Assembly: GCA_963802335.1 (NCBI GenBank)
Contig: CAWDIE010000009.1
Span: forward strand, 24,961 to 88,960
Source: an uncultured Planctomycetota bacterium
GTDB taxonomy: Bacteria; Planctomycetota; PLA2; JAEUHO01
Direction of reading: 5' to 3'
DNA length: 64,000 bases
The translations under genes were made by a program, and so were the position numbers. Below are positions 19,412 through 28,556 of the stretch, one piece after another. Numbering within the stretch: the first letter of the stretch is position 1; each line of letters begins with the position of its first letter. A model generated the notes under the pieces. That model saw only the letters and a program-made list of their open reading frames with translations. It searched no databases and was not told the origin of the DNA.

Positions 19412-19491
19412 GGTCTGCCTCCCCCGACTACGGGGTCTAGCGGAGAAGGCCGACGCGACCGGACGCAGACGGGACGGACATCCCGGGACCT

Positions 19492-20097
19492 TCAGGGACG
19501 ACGCGCCAGGGAGCCGTCGGTGCCCACGACGAGCGGGAGGGTGAAGCGCCGCGTATCGCCCTGGACGAGCTCGTCGATCGTGACGGAGAGGACGCGGGTG
19601 GCGGGGTCGTAGTCGAGGGCGCACGCCACCGTCGACCCGTCGCCTCGGCCGTTCGACTCCGGGAGCAGGTAGAAGGCGTACAAGGTCCCGTCGCCCGACA
19701 GGGCCCCCTCGAGACGGAGCGTGTAAGTCAGGGCGGGGCGATTGAACCCGTCGAGGATCACGCGCCGCACGACGTCGCGCTCGACGCGGGTGTAGGGGCC
19801 GGGATCGAAGCGGATGCGGCGGGTGCGGACCTCGCCGGCTTCGTCCGAAGTCCACGTGCTCACGGCGAAGCGCCCCTCGACGGGGGCCGTGCCCTCGGCG
19901 GAAACCTCCGCGTTCGTGGCGAGGCGTACCGTCTGGACGCCGAGGCCTTGTTTGAGCTCGGGGCCCGCGGTGGGGGTGAGCACGGCGGACGTCCCGAGGA
20001 CATCGAAGGTCTCATCGGGCTGAGGCAGCTTCATCCAGAAGAGGAGGGCGCCGCCGGCGACAGCCATCAACACGAACGCGATTAGTAGGTTACGCAT
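19492..20097 (-). CDS. Membrane-anchored hypothetical protein.
   Basis: 201 aa with an N-terminal TM helix (MRNLLIAFVLMAVAGGALLFW). Confidence 0.65.
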   Translation of the reverse strand: MRNLLIAFVLMAVAGGALLFWMKLPQPDETFDVLGTSAVLTPTAGPELKQGLGVQTVRLATNAEVSAEGTAPVEGRFAVSTWTSDEAGEVRTRRIRFDPGPYTRVERDVVRRVILDGFNRPALTYTLRLEGALSGDGTLYAFYLLPESNGRGDGSTVACALDYDPATRVLSVTIDELVQGDTRRFTLPLVVGTDGSLARRP

Positions 20098-20129
20098 CGC
20101 TGCACATCATAGTCTCCGCGAGTGCCCGT

Positions 20130-20522
20130 ATGCTCCCTCGAATGAGTTGCATCCTCTGCGAGCTACCGTCCCGCGTCGATCTCGTGGCCTCCACCGAGCT
20201 CACCGCGGCCTTCCTCGACGCTTTCCCCGTGAACCCGGGGCACACCCTCGTCATTCCTCGCCGCCACGTCGCCGATCCGATGGACCTCGAGGAGGCGGAG
20301 TGGGTCGATCTCTGGGCCGTCGCGCGGCGCGTCCGAGACGGCCTCGCCGAAGAGCATGCCCCGGCCGGCTTCAACGTGGGGTTCAACGCGGGCCTTGCTG
20401 CCGGACAGACCGTGGCCCACGCCCACGTCCACGTCATTCCCCGCTTCGAGGGCGACGTCGCCGATCCACGGGGCGGCATCCGGTGGGTCGTGCCGGATCG
20501 AGCGAAGTACTGGGAAGAGTAG
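20130..20522 (+). CDS. HIT-family nucleotide hydrolase/transferase.
   Basis: Histidine triad HAHVHVIPR and an N-terminal C.LC motif. The start could instead be the internal ATG at 20142. Confidence 0.85.
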   Translation: MLPRMSCILCELPSRVDLVASTELTAAFLDAFPVNPGHTLVIPRRHVADPMDLEEAEWVDLWAVARRVRDGLAEEHAPAGFNVGFNAGLAAGQTVAHAHVHVIPRFEGDVADPRGGIRWVVPDRAKYWEE

Positions 20523-20539
20523 GCTCTCGCTGCGAAGTC

Positions 20540-22021
20540 TCAGGACTTCTCGTCGTCGATCAGCTGCTTCACCTTCGCCAGGGCGTCCTTGCGATCGACC
20601 TGCTCGCCATCGTGATAGAAGTCGATGAGGCGTAGGGGCGCGTTGTCGCCAAAGGACTGCTCGGCGACCTGATCCGGGCTGATCGTGTGCTGCCCCAGGG
20701 TCTCCTCCGTCTCCCACGGGATGTCGGGGAACACGTGGTAGGGCAGCTCGGAACAGGTGATCTTGTCGATCGTCTCCACCTCGAAGTTGAAGTCATACTG
20801 CTTGCCGACCTGCTTGAAGCCACGGATCAGGGATGCGTACTTCTCCTCCGGCGACAGGCCCTGGGGACGGAAGATCGCGACATCGTCCACGTTGAGGAAC
20901 TCGCCGAGCGAGCTCACCTGGACGCCCGTGCGAAGCGCCTCGAGGACCGAGCGACCGGCACGCACCTGGTTCTCGCAGTCGTGGTACTTGGTCTCCTCGA
21001 AGAGCGGGTCCCGAAAGACGCCGAGGTCGTCGAGTTCCCGGGCGGTGCCCAGCCAGACCGCGACGTGGCCGAAGTGCCCGGGGATGAACTTGTCGGTCAG
21101 ACGGAAGGGCGTCTTCTCCAGCAGCAAGTCGAGCGGCTGGAGCTCCGCGTAGAGCGCATCCTCGACCTTCGCGTCGCCGTACAGCTTGCCCTTGCGAAGC
21201 TCGACCATCCCGATGCCGTTGCCGAACACTTCGCTCAGCGTTCCGATCGTGCTCTTCCCCAGCCCAGTGAGGACGTCCATGACCTTCTCGCGCCAGCGCT
21301 TGGAGGCGGTGGGCAGCTTCGTGGCCAGCGTGGCCTGGCGCGCGTAGCGGTACGCCGCGTTGGCCTCCACGGCCATCCGGAGCAGATCGATGTCGGGATC
21401 GTGCCGCGACGCAAGGTGCTCACTGAACCGCTCGTAGGCCTGGACGAGATCCTTGAGGCGCTTCTGCCGCGCCGGGGCGTTCAGCTCCTCGAGCATGTCG
21501 CGGACCTGGTCTTCCGTTTGGCCGTAGCCGCGCAGCGGATTGTCGATGAGGCGGCGCAGCCGGTCGTCCTTGAGGACCGTGCGCATCGACAGGTAGTTGT
21601 CGTAGAGCGTCAGCGATGCGAGGAAGGAGGTGAGGACCGCGCGCTCACGGAGCAGGGGATCCACCTGCAGCCGCTTCAGGTCGTCGGCATCGAGGTCGAG
21701 GAGCGGCTTGTAGTGCTTGGCCAACGAGATGAGCCGGCCCTGGAGCTTCAGGTAGGCCGAGCGTCCCGTGTCGAGTTTCTTCAAGGATCGCGGCGCGAGG
21801 GGCGTGCTGGCGGGCAAGCGGTCGTACCGCCCCCGGAACTCCACGATCTCCTCCTGCTCGGTGGCGCTCGTGGCGAGGAGGTGCTGCAGCTCGGGGATCG
21901 TGGTCTTCAAATCCTCCCGAAGGCGGTCGTTTCGCGCTGCCGGGGGGGTCTCGAGAAGCGGGAAGGGCGTCGGATCGGGTTGGCTCATGGCGGCAGAGGA
22001 TACGCCACGACGCTCAGGCAC
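20540..22021 (-). CDS. Helical domain plus permuted papain-like (YiiX/C92, NlpC/P60 superfamily) domain protein.
   Basis: C-terminal GHFGHVAVWLG...GKQYDFNFEVETIDKITCSELPYHVF. An alternative start is the ATG at 21988. Confidence 0.7.
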   Translation of the reverse strand: MPERRGVSSAAMSQPDPTPFPLLETPPAARNDRLREDLKTTIPELQHLLATSATEQEEIVEFRGRYDRLPASTPLAPRSLKKLDTGRSAYLKLQGRLISLAKHYKPLLDLDADDLKRLQVDPLLRERAVLTSFLASLTLYDNYLSMRTVLKDDRLRRLIDNPLRGYGQTEDQVRDMLEELNAPARQKRLKDLVQAYERFSEHLASRHDPDIDLLRMAVEANAAYRYARQATLATKLPTASKRWREKVMDVLTGLGKSTIGTLSEVFGNGIGMVELRKGKLYGDAKVEDALYAELQPLDLLLEKTPFRLTDKFIPGHFGHVAVWLGTARELDDLGVFRDPLFEETKYHDCENQVRAGRSVLEALRTGVQVSSLGEFLNVDDVAIFRPQGLSPEEKYASLIRGFKQVGKQYDFNFEVETIDKITCSELPYHVFPDIPWETEETLGQHTISPDQVAEQSFGDNAPLRLIDFYHDGEQVDRKDALAKVKQLIDDEKS

Positions 22022-25007
22022 GTCGTCGGAAGACGACCAGGCCGATCAAGAACAGAGCGGCCAGCGCGATGAGGATGGTGCGGGGGCCCCGCGCGCTGCC
22101 CCCGTGGGCCTGAAGCACGGTCAGGCCCGGGCGATCCAGGGTTTCGAGCAAGAGCGCCTCATCGCCGGGACGCGCGATGCCTTCGTCTTCCACGGAGTCG
22201 AGAAAACAGACGAAGTCGAGCTGGGCGTCGGGCTCGCCGCGCTCGTGGGCCCACTTGCGCAGGATCTCGAGCGCAGGCAGCGTCTTGCGGCCCATGATCT
22301 CCTGTAACTCGAAGTCGATGGGGCCTTGGTAGGCCTTGTAGACCAGCTCCGTGCAGACGAGCCGGTCCGCCGAGAAGAAGTCGAAGTCGAAGTCGTAGGG
22401 CTTGCCGTGATGGCGCATCGCCCGCGCCACGCACTCCGCGACCCGCTCCCGGCTCATGCGCGGCCGGAGCACGCACACGGCGTCCGCCTCGCCGACGGAG
22501 TACTCCAGGGTGTTGAGAACCACGCCGCCGCCGAGCGCTTCGAGGACGACTTTGGGGTTGCCGTGGTCGTCCGTCGCCGCGAGGGCCGCCAGGTGGGGTT
22601 TCACGCCTTCGTCGTCGAGGATGCCGAGATCGCTGAGGCCGTCGACGCCGCCGATGTACAGGGCCGCGTGGGTCCAGAAGCCGGGCAGGAAGGCGTTCGA
22701 CAGGGCCCAGTTGCGACGCTCGAGCAGGATGTCGCCCGGCTGGAGCTGAGTCTCGCCCAGCCAGTCCACCTGGGCCTGGTCGATCAGGCCGTGAGCGAGT
22801 TCTCCCGAGCGCACGCGTACCTCGCCGATCAGCACGGCGAAGAACTTCGAGAGCTGATAGCGGCCCGCGCCGAGCGAGCGCGTGGCCCGAGCAACCGCGG
22901 CTTCCCACTTGTACTTCTGCTGCGTATCCGCCAGACGGCCAAGGACCGCCTGTCCCGTCTCGGCATCCTCGTAGAGCCCGGCCCAGACCTCGTCGCCGCT
23001 CACGACCCGGTCTCGATCGAGACTCGCGAACCGCGCGGCGGCGGCCGCGAGCGCGTCGTAGAGCGCGTCGTTGGCCAGGTTGCTGCGAACGCGGTCGTAG
23101 GTGTCGGGCGGAAGGCCGAACGCGGGGTCGCCCTCGTTCAGCTTGCGAATGGATGCCTTCTTCCCGCGGAAGACCTCGATCAGCTGCATGCCGCGGCGGC
23201 AGAGCTCGAGACCGGAGGTGTACCCCAGGAGGAACGCCCTCTGGCTCGCCTGGTCCTCGCCCGCGCGCTCGGGCGCACGGTAGAACCACGCCATCCGGAA
23301 GAGGGTGGCGCGGCAGTTGAGGTAGGTGAGCAGGGCCTGGCGTACGTCGCGCGCATCGCCTTCGTCGAAGTACTCTCGCTCGTGCGCGTCGAACTCCGCT
23401 CTCAGCTTCCGCATGCGCTCGCGCAGGGCGTCCAGGGTCTCGATCACGCTGGCCAGGGCGCCGGCGTCCGAGGCGAGCACGGCCTCGGCCTGGGCGGCGT
23501 CCATCGTCGGCCACGGCGACGGCGGACCCGACAGCTCCTCGATCTCGACGTCGCGCAAGCCCCAGGCGAACCAGCCGATCCCGGCGATGAGCGCGGCCGT
23601 CGCGAGAGCCCGCCAGCGGATGCGCGCATGCCACTTGACCTTGCGCGGGGGAATGAGCGCCTTGTCCGTGGCTTCGGCGTACCGGCTGACGAGCCCGTTC
23701 ACGTGGTCGAGGAGGTCCGCCCGCGCAGCCGTCACGCGCCGAACGCCGGGGCGGACCAGCGGTCTCAAGCCCGCCATGCGCTCCTGCCACGTCTCCACGC
23801 GCTCGGCGTAGAAGCGGGCGTAGAACGCGCACGCCACCACGAGCAAGAGGAAGAAGAGCGTGAACCCCCACGACGAAGACCAGTGCCCCACGAGAGCGAG
23901 CAGGACTCCCCAGTACAAGCCGAAGAACACGGCACCCCACAGGATGCGGAGTGTCGGCAGGGACACGCTGCCCATCCGCTTCGCCGTGTGTCGCGCCGCC
24001 GCGTCGGTCGCGCGGTAGGGGATGTAGCTGGTGAGCGTTCCGAGCAGGAAGAGGGGGAACCCCAGCAGGAGGTGAAGTGCGAGGCCCAGGAAGGTGAGCC
24101 ACCCGCGTACCGGGTGTGCATGGCTGGCCAGCGCGGCGGGGCCCACACCGGTCTGCGCCTGGAGGCGCCGGTACCAGTCGTACTTCGACTGCGCGACGTC
24201 GACCGCCTGCGGATCGGTGACCAGGAAGTGGTTCAGGCATGCGCCCGCGATCTGGATGACCTCGGCCCGCGGGCGGGGATGGTACGCGCCCGATGCCGCC
24301 TTCTGCTCGTCGTCGTACACCTCGGCGACCCCGCGCACGAGCGGCTCGAGGTCCACGTTCTCGATGTGGAGCATCAGCGGACGGAGGCTCTCGGCGATGC
24401 GCTGTTGGATCGTGCGTATCGCCTTCGCACGGGGCACGTCCTTCTGGTCGACGATCGCGAAGGGGCGGCCGACGCGGACGTGGACCTCGCCGCGAAACTG
24501 CTGCGCCGGCTCGAAGTGCAGGCCCAGCGGGACGACCTGCAGGCCCAGGTCGAAGCCGGCCTCGGTCTCGGCGTCCAGCGCGAGCCGGGCCGCGCCCGAC
24601 TTCACCCCCTTGAGCTGGGGGTCGTGGTGACTCGCCCCCTCCGGGAAGAAGGCGACGGCGTCGCCGCCTCGAAACACCCTCGTGAAGGGCGTGAAGAGAC
24701 CCAGCGCCCCACGCTTCTTTCCGCGCACGCGTCGGGGGCGCTCCACGGGGAGGAGGCCGAGCGTGCGAAGGAACCACCCGACCACGGGAACGCGGAAGAG
24801 GCGGCTCCTGACCCCGATGCTCACCGGACGCGGCACGGCGCGGAGCACGACGCCGCCGTCGACGAGGCCGTTCGGATGGTTCACGACGAACAGGACCGGG
24901 CCGCGCTTCGGGATGCGATCGGCATTCTCGACGCGAAACGCGCGGTAGTAGGCCCCGACGCCGAGGGACGAGAACGCGCGCAGGGTCAGCCACCCGAGTC
25001 GAGACAT
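22014..25007 (-). CDS. Multidomain protein: PlsC-type (LPLAT) acyltransferase, TM segments, a helical domain, and a permuted papain-like (YiiX/C92) domain.
   Basis: N-terminal FVVNHPNGLVDG (Hx4D) with FPEG. Central hydrophobic helices. C-terminal FWTHAALYIGG...GKPYDFDFDFFSADRLVCTELVYKAY. Confidence 0.8.
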   Translation of the reverse strand: MSRLGWLTLRAFSSLGVGAYYRAFRVENADRIPKRGPVLFVVNHPNGLVDGGVVLRAVPRPVSIGVRSRLFRVPVVGWFLRTLGLLPVERPRRVRGKKRGALGLFTPFTRVFRGGDAVAFFPEGASHHDPQLKGVKSGAARLALDAETEAGFDLGLQVVPLGLHFEPAQQFRGEVHVRVGRPFAIVDQKDVPRAKAIRTIQQRIAESLRPLMLHIENVDLEPLVRGVAEVYDDEQKAASGAYHPRPRAEVIQIAGACLNHFLVTDPQAVDVAQSKYDWYRRLQAQTGVGPAALASHAHPVRGWLTFLGLALHLLLGFPLFLLGTLTSYIPYRATDAAARHTAKRMGSVSLPTLRILWGAVFFGLYWGVLLALVGHWSSSWGFTLFFLLLVVACAFYARFYAERVETWQERMAGLRPLVRPGVRRVTAARADLLDHVNGLVSRYAEATDKALIPPRKVKWHARIRWRALATAALIAGIGWFAWGLRDVEIEELSGPPSPWPTMDAAQAEAVLASDAGALASVIETLDALRERMRKLRAEFDAHEREYFDEGDARDVRQALLTYLNCRATLFRMAWFYRAPERAGEDQASQRAFLLGYTSGLELCRRGMQLIEVFRGKKASIRKLNEGDPAFGLPPDTYDRVRSNLANDALYDALAAAAARFASLDRDRVVSGDEVWAGLYEDAETGQAVLGRLADTQQKYKWEAAVARATRSLGAGRYQLSKFFAVLIGEVRVRSGELAHGLIDQAQVDWLGETQLQPGDILLERRNWALSNAFLPGFWTHAALYIGGVDGLSDLGILDDEGVKPHLAALAATDDHGNPKVVLEALGGGVVLNTLEYSVGEADAVCVLRPRMSRERVAECVARAMRHHGKPYDFDFDFFSADRLVCTELVYKAYQGPIDFELQEIMGRKTLPALEILRKWAHERGEPDAQLDFVCFLDSVEDEGIARPGDEALLLETLDRPGLTVLQAHGGSARGPRTILIALAALFLIGLVVFRRRA

Positions 25008-25077
25008 GGAGGCAAGGTACCAAGTTGCGCAGGATTCCCGCGCTTGCGGATGGGCGGAGCGCGCCGTGGCGCCTGCG

Positions 25078-25812
25078 TCAACGCGTTTGCGTCGTGCCGG
25101 TCGGGGCAGCCGCTTCCCGCTTACGCCTGGCGAGCATCGCCGCGATCGCCGCGGTGCCGAGCGCCGCGAAGATGTGCTTGAGGTTGTGTCCCGTGACCCA
25201 GCCGGTCGCCTCGAACACGGGCCAGTCCAGCCACTCGGCCACCTTCGCCGCCGCGTAGCCCAGGCCGGCCAGCCAGATGGCCTTCGACTGCCCGGGGAAG
25301 AGGAGAAGGAGGAGCAAAACGGTCATCAGGGGGACGTACTGGGCGATGATGTAGGGCCTCAGGTCGTCCGTGCGTGCCCAGTACCAGACACTCCACAGAC
25401 CAAAGGCGACGAGCGGCCACAGCAGCGCGCGGCCCCAGCGCTCGCTCACCCGTTCCCGGATGAGGGCGGACATCAAGCCTACGAACGCCACCGTCATGGG
25501 AGCCCGGTCCCATGCGAGCGACGCGTTGTTGGGATCGAGGTGGTAGTAGGCGGAACCGACCCCCGTGAAGAGGACACCGACGAAGAACACCGTGTAGTCG
25601 ATCGGAGGGCGGAGGCTGAGGCCCCAGAGGCCGACCAGCACGAAGGCGAGGTTGGTGGCGACATCGCCGAAGTTCTGAACGCCCGCCACCATCCGCGTGT
25701 CCGCGAAGTCGTGGTACGCGGGATCCTGGGGAATCGGTCCTTGAAGAAGGAGCACGGGAATCGCCACGGCGATCGGCAGGATCAGGAGCGTGATGCGTGT
25801 TCCGCGGCCCAT
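25078..25812 (-). CDS. Alkaline ceramidase-like (PAQR-type) 7-TM hydrolase.
   Basis: 244 aa, multi-TM. Contains YYHLDPNN and a C-terminal GHNLKHIFAALG motif. Confidence 0.55.
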   Translation of the reverse strand: MGRGTRITLLILPIAVAIPVLLLQGPIPQDPAYHDFADTRMVAGVQNFGDVATNLAFVLVGLWGLSLRPPIDYTVFFVGVLFTGVGSAYYHLDPNNASLAWDRAPMTVAFVGLMSALIRERVSERWGRALLWPLVAFGLWSVWYWARTDDLRPYIIAQYVPLMTVLLLLLLFPGQSKAIWLAGLGYAAAKVAEWLDWPVFEATGWVTGHNLKHIFAALGTAAIAAMLARRKREAAAPTGTTQTR

Positions 25813-25940
25813 GGGGTAGGGGTACCTGCTGCCGGCTCAATCGCCGCATGATCACCGGGAGCGGGGCGCCGTGCGCGTATGGTGAGCGAGCGTCCCCGTC
25901 CGAGAGAGGGACGCACTCTGGGGACTACCCCGTGACGACC

Positions 25941-26190
25941 CTAGCCTGCATAACCCATGAAGCGCGCGCCGTGACAACGGCAGAGTGCGATCGAGCGGGA
26001 GCTTGCGCGCTTCGTGGGGCCCGGCGAACGAACCACAGGGTGTCCTGGATGGGCCTGCGCCCGAAGGTCAAGGCGTGACGACGGATTCGATGCCAAAGCA
26101 TCGATGAGGAGGAGCAACGCAGAGATTCGGGATGCAGGGCCGTCCAGGACCGCGCGATTCACCAGAGGGTTCATGGGTTATGCAGGCTAG
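25941..26190. mobile_element. 250-bp element with perfect 21-bp terminal inverted repeats and nested internal palindromes (MITE-like or a structured RNA).
   Basis: CTAGCCTGCATAACCCATGAA at 25941-25961 and its exact reverse complement at 26170-26190. Inner inverted repeat 26042-26055 / 26137-26150. Central hairpin TCGATGC-CAAA-GCATCGA at 26087-26104. Confidence 0.6.
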
Positions 26191-26216
26191 CCCTCCTGCT
26201 GCCCGCCGTCCTCAGC

Positions 26217-26528
26217 TTGGGCCTTCTGGCGGCCCACCTCCTGCGAGCGGGGCTGTTCATCCTCATCCCCGCCCTGCTTCTGATGCTGCCGCTGTTGTTC
26301 GTGCCGCGGGGCTGGGTGGCTCGACTGTGGCAGCTCGTGCTCATGGCGTCTGCTCTCGAGTGGGTGCGCATGGGCGTCTTCGAGGCGGCCAAGCGTGAGG
26401 ATCAGGGGGCGCCATGGCTGCGCCTGGTTCTCATTCTCGCTGCCGTGGCGCTACTCGCGGTCGTGTCGGCTCTCCTGTTCGAGACGGAGACCCTGGAGCG
26501 TCGGTATCCGCGGCGCCCTCTCTACTGA
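26217..26528 (+). CDS. Small membrane protein (3 TM helices), hypothetical.
   Basis: 103 aa with a TTG start in the track. Strongly hydrophobic helices. Confidence 0.5.
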   Translation: MGLLAAHLLRAGLFILIPALLLMLPLLFVPRGWVARLWQLVLMASALEWVRMGVFEAAKREDQGAPWLRLVLILAAVALLAVVSALLFETETLERRYPRRPLY

Positions 26529-26623
26529 GGTCCCGCCTCGCCGCGAGGGAGCCGGGCGACCGTGAATTGGAGCTTGCAGGCTACGTGCGTTCTGTCTATC
26601 CGTAGCGGATCAGGGAGACACGC

Positions 26624-27280
26624 ATGCTTCTGGTTTGCCGGTCGGACCTCGAGCTGGCTGACTTTCAGCGGCTCAAGGATCGCGTCGCCACGATCCCCAA
26701 CGAAGTCCGCTGGGCGCGGCGTGGGGGGCGCCTCATCCTGCTCGTGAGTCGGGCGACGCCCGATCAGCCCGATGTCTCCACGCTCGTCGACGACCCGGCG
26801 ATCGACTACGTGCTCCGCGACCCCTCCGAACGCGAAATCGCCCGCCTGCTCTCCCGCCGCGATGTACTCGATTTCGCCCTCATCGGAACGGGCGTGTTGG
26901 CGGCCGCCGCGGTGCTCGCCCCGCTCGGGGTCTACCTGACCTCGCCCGTGGAGAACAGCACCCCCGGCGGGGACCTTTTCGTGGGGCGGCTGGAGCAGAT
27001 CCCGGTGAAGAAGTCGATCTCGAAGGTGATCGATGGGGAGGAGTTCCTCGTCGTCCGCGCCGACGAAGATCACCTGTACGCCCTGGGCTCGGTATGCACG
27101 CACTCGGAGGTTTGCCACGTCGCGTGGAATCCCGACCGCGAGCAACTGATCTGCCCCTGCCACCGTGGCGCGTTCGATCTCCACGGCAATGTCCTCTCCG
27201 GGCCGCCGCCGCGCCCGCTTCCCACCCGCGACGTCCTCGTTCGCGACGGGAACGTCTACGTGAAGCGAGCCCGCCAATGA
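26624..27280 (+). CDS. Rieske [2Fe-2S] subunit with an extra N-terminal ~75-aa alpha/beta module.
   Basis: CTHSEVCH and CPCHRGAF boxes, one TM helix, and a GGGAGA SD. Confidence 0.9.
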   Translation: MLLVCRSDLELADFQRLKDRVATIPNEVRWARRGGRLILLVSRATPDQPDVSTLVDDPAIDYVLRDPSEREIARLLSRRDVLDFALIGTGVLAAAAVLAPLGVYLTSPVENSTPGGDLFVGRLEQIPVKKSISKVIDGEEFLVVRADEDHLYALGSVCTHSEVCHVAWNPDREQLICPCHRGAFDLHGNVLSGPPPRPLPTRDVLVRDGNVYVKRARQ

Positions 27281-27966
27281 GTTCCTCGGACAGCAACGCC
27301 CGGCGCCTCGAGCGGGCCCGCACCGCATTCCTGGGGACCCGCTCGCGCTTGGGCCGCATGCTGCGTCGCACCGGCGCCATGCGGCTCTCGCCCGCCTACC
27401 GTGGCGCGCGTTGGGTCTCGGCCGCCATCCTGGTGCTGCTGGCCTTCCTGCTCGTGAGCGGCATTCTGTTGTCGCTCTACTACAACCCCGGGCCCCAGGA
27501 TGCCTACGCCTCCACCCGTGGTCTCGTGACCACCGTCGGCGTCGGCTGGCTCGTCCGAAGCATGCACTACTGGGCGGGCGAGCTGCTGCTCATCGCCGTG
27601 CTCATCCACCTCGCCCTGACCTTCTTCCGGCGGGCCTACGTGCGACCACGGGAGTACGTGTGGGTTGGCGGCGTGCTCCTCCTCGTCCTCACCCTGGCCT
27701 TTCGCTTCACCGGGCGGCTGCTGCCATGGGACGAGTTCGGCTACGAGGCGGGGCAGCAGAGCCTGGCCATGATCGCCTCGGTGCCGGTGCTCGGCGACCT
27801 CGCGGCCACGTGGCTGCGTGGCGGCGGGGAGTTCGGCGTCGGCACGCTCAGCCGCTTCTTCGCGACGCACGTGATGATCCTCCCCTGGATCACCCTGCTT
27901 GTCGCCGCCATCCATCTCTACCTCGTGAAGAGCCACGGTCTGAAGGAACGGGAGGACGACGAATGA
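27277..27966 (+). CDS. Cytochrome b, N-terminal (b6-like) subunit.
   Basis: ATGA overlap with the Rieske stop. Two His pairs in TM helices (HYWAGELLLIAVLIH; HVMILPWITLLVAAIH). Confidence 0.9.
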   Translation: MSSSDSNARRLERARTAFLGTRSRLGRMLRRTGAMRLSPAYRGARWVSAAILVLLAFLLVSGILLSLYYNPGPQDAYASTRGLVTTVGVGWLVRSMHYWAGELLLIAVLIHLALTFFRRAYVRPREYVWVGGVLLLVLTLAFRFTGRLLPWDEFGYEAGQQSLAMIASVPVLGDLAATWLRGGGEFGVGTLSRFFATHVMILPWITLLVAAIHLYLVKSHGLKEREDDE

Positions 27967-28556
27967 TCATCCTCCTCGATCACGCCGCCGCTCCCGCCGA
28001 GGTCAAGAGCCTGACCGAGGCGATCCGCGCCCTCGGGCTGGACGCCGTGCCGCTCGAGGACAACCGAGGCCAGGCCCTCGAAGTGCTCGGTGCCGACCCT
28101 GGGCGGGTGATGGAGCTGGCCGAGGCGCCGGGCGTGGCCAGCATCCTGACGCGCCGAACCGCGCTGGAAGGGGGGGAGCCCCTGTGGCCCCACGGGGCGC
28201 TCCGCATCGCGATCCTCGCCATCCTCCTCTTCGTGCTGCTGATGCTCCTCAGCGCGTTCCTCCCGCCCGGCCTCGGCGACCCCGCCGGGTCACAGACCGG
28301 CGCGCTCGACCCGACGCACGACGTGGAGTGGTACCTGAGGCCGTTGGCCTGGGTCTACCGCCTCTCCGGCGACGTCGGTCGTCGCATCGGTGGCACGGCG
28401 GTACTCTTGTTCTGGGTCGTGCTCTTCCTTCTGCCGTGGATCGATCGCGGGAGCCTCGACACGCCGCGCAGGCAGTGGGTGAACCGCATCGTGCGGGGCC
28501 TTGGCTTCGCGGTCCTTGCCATGTTCGTCCTGCTTGCCCTGGGGGTGCTTTCGTGA
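27963..28556 (+). CDS. Cytochrome b C-terminal (subunit IV-like) protein with an N-terminal ~70-aa alpha/beta module.
   Basis: ATGA overlap. VEWYLRPL (a PEWY-like motif) and three TM helices. Confidence 0.8.
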   Translation: MIILLDHAAAPAEVKSLTEAIRALGLDAVPLEDNRGQALEVLGADPGRVMELAEAPGVASILTRRTALEGGEPLWPHGALRIAILAILLFVLLMLLSAFLPPGLGDPAGSQTGALDPTHDVEWYLRPLAWVYRLSGDVGRRIGGTAVLLFWVVLFLLPWIDRGSLDTPRRQWVNRIVRGLGFAVLAMFVLLALGVLS

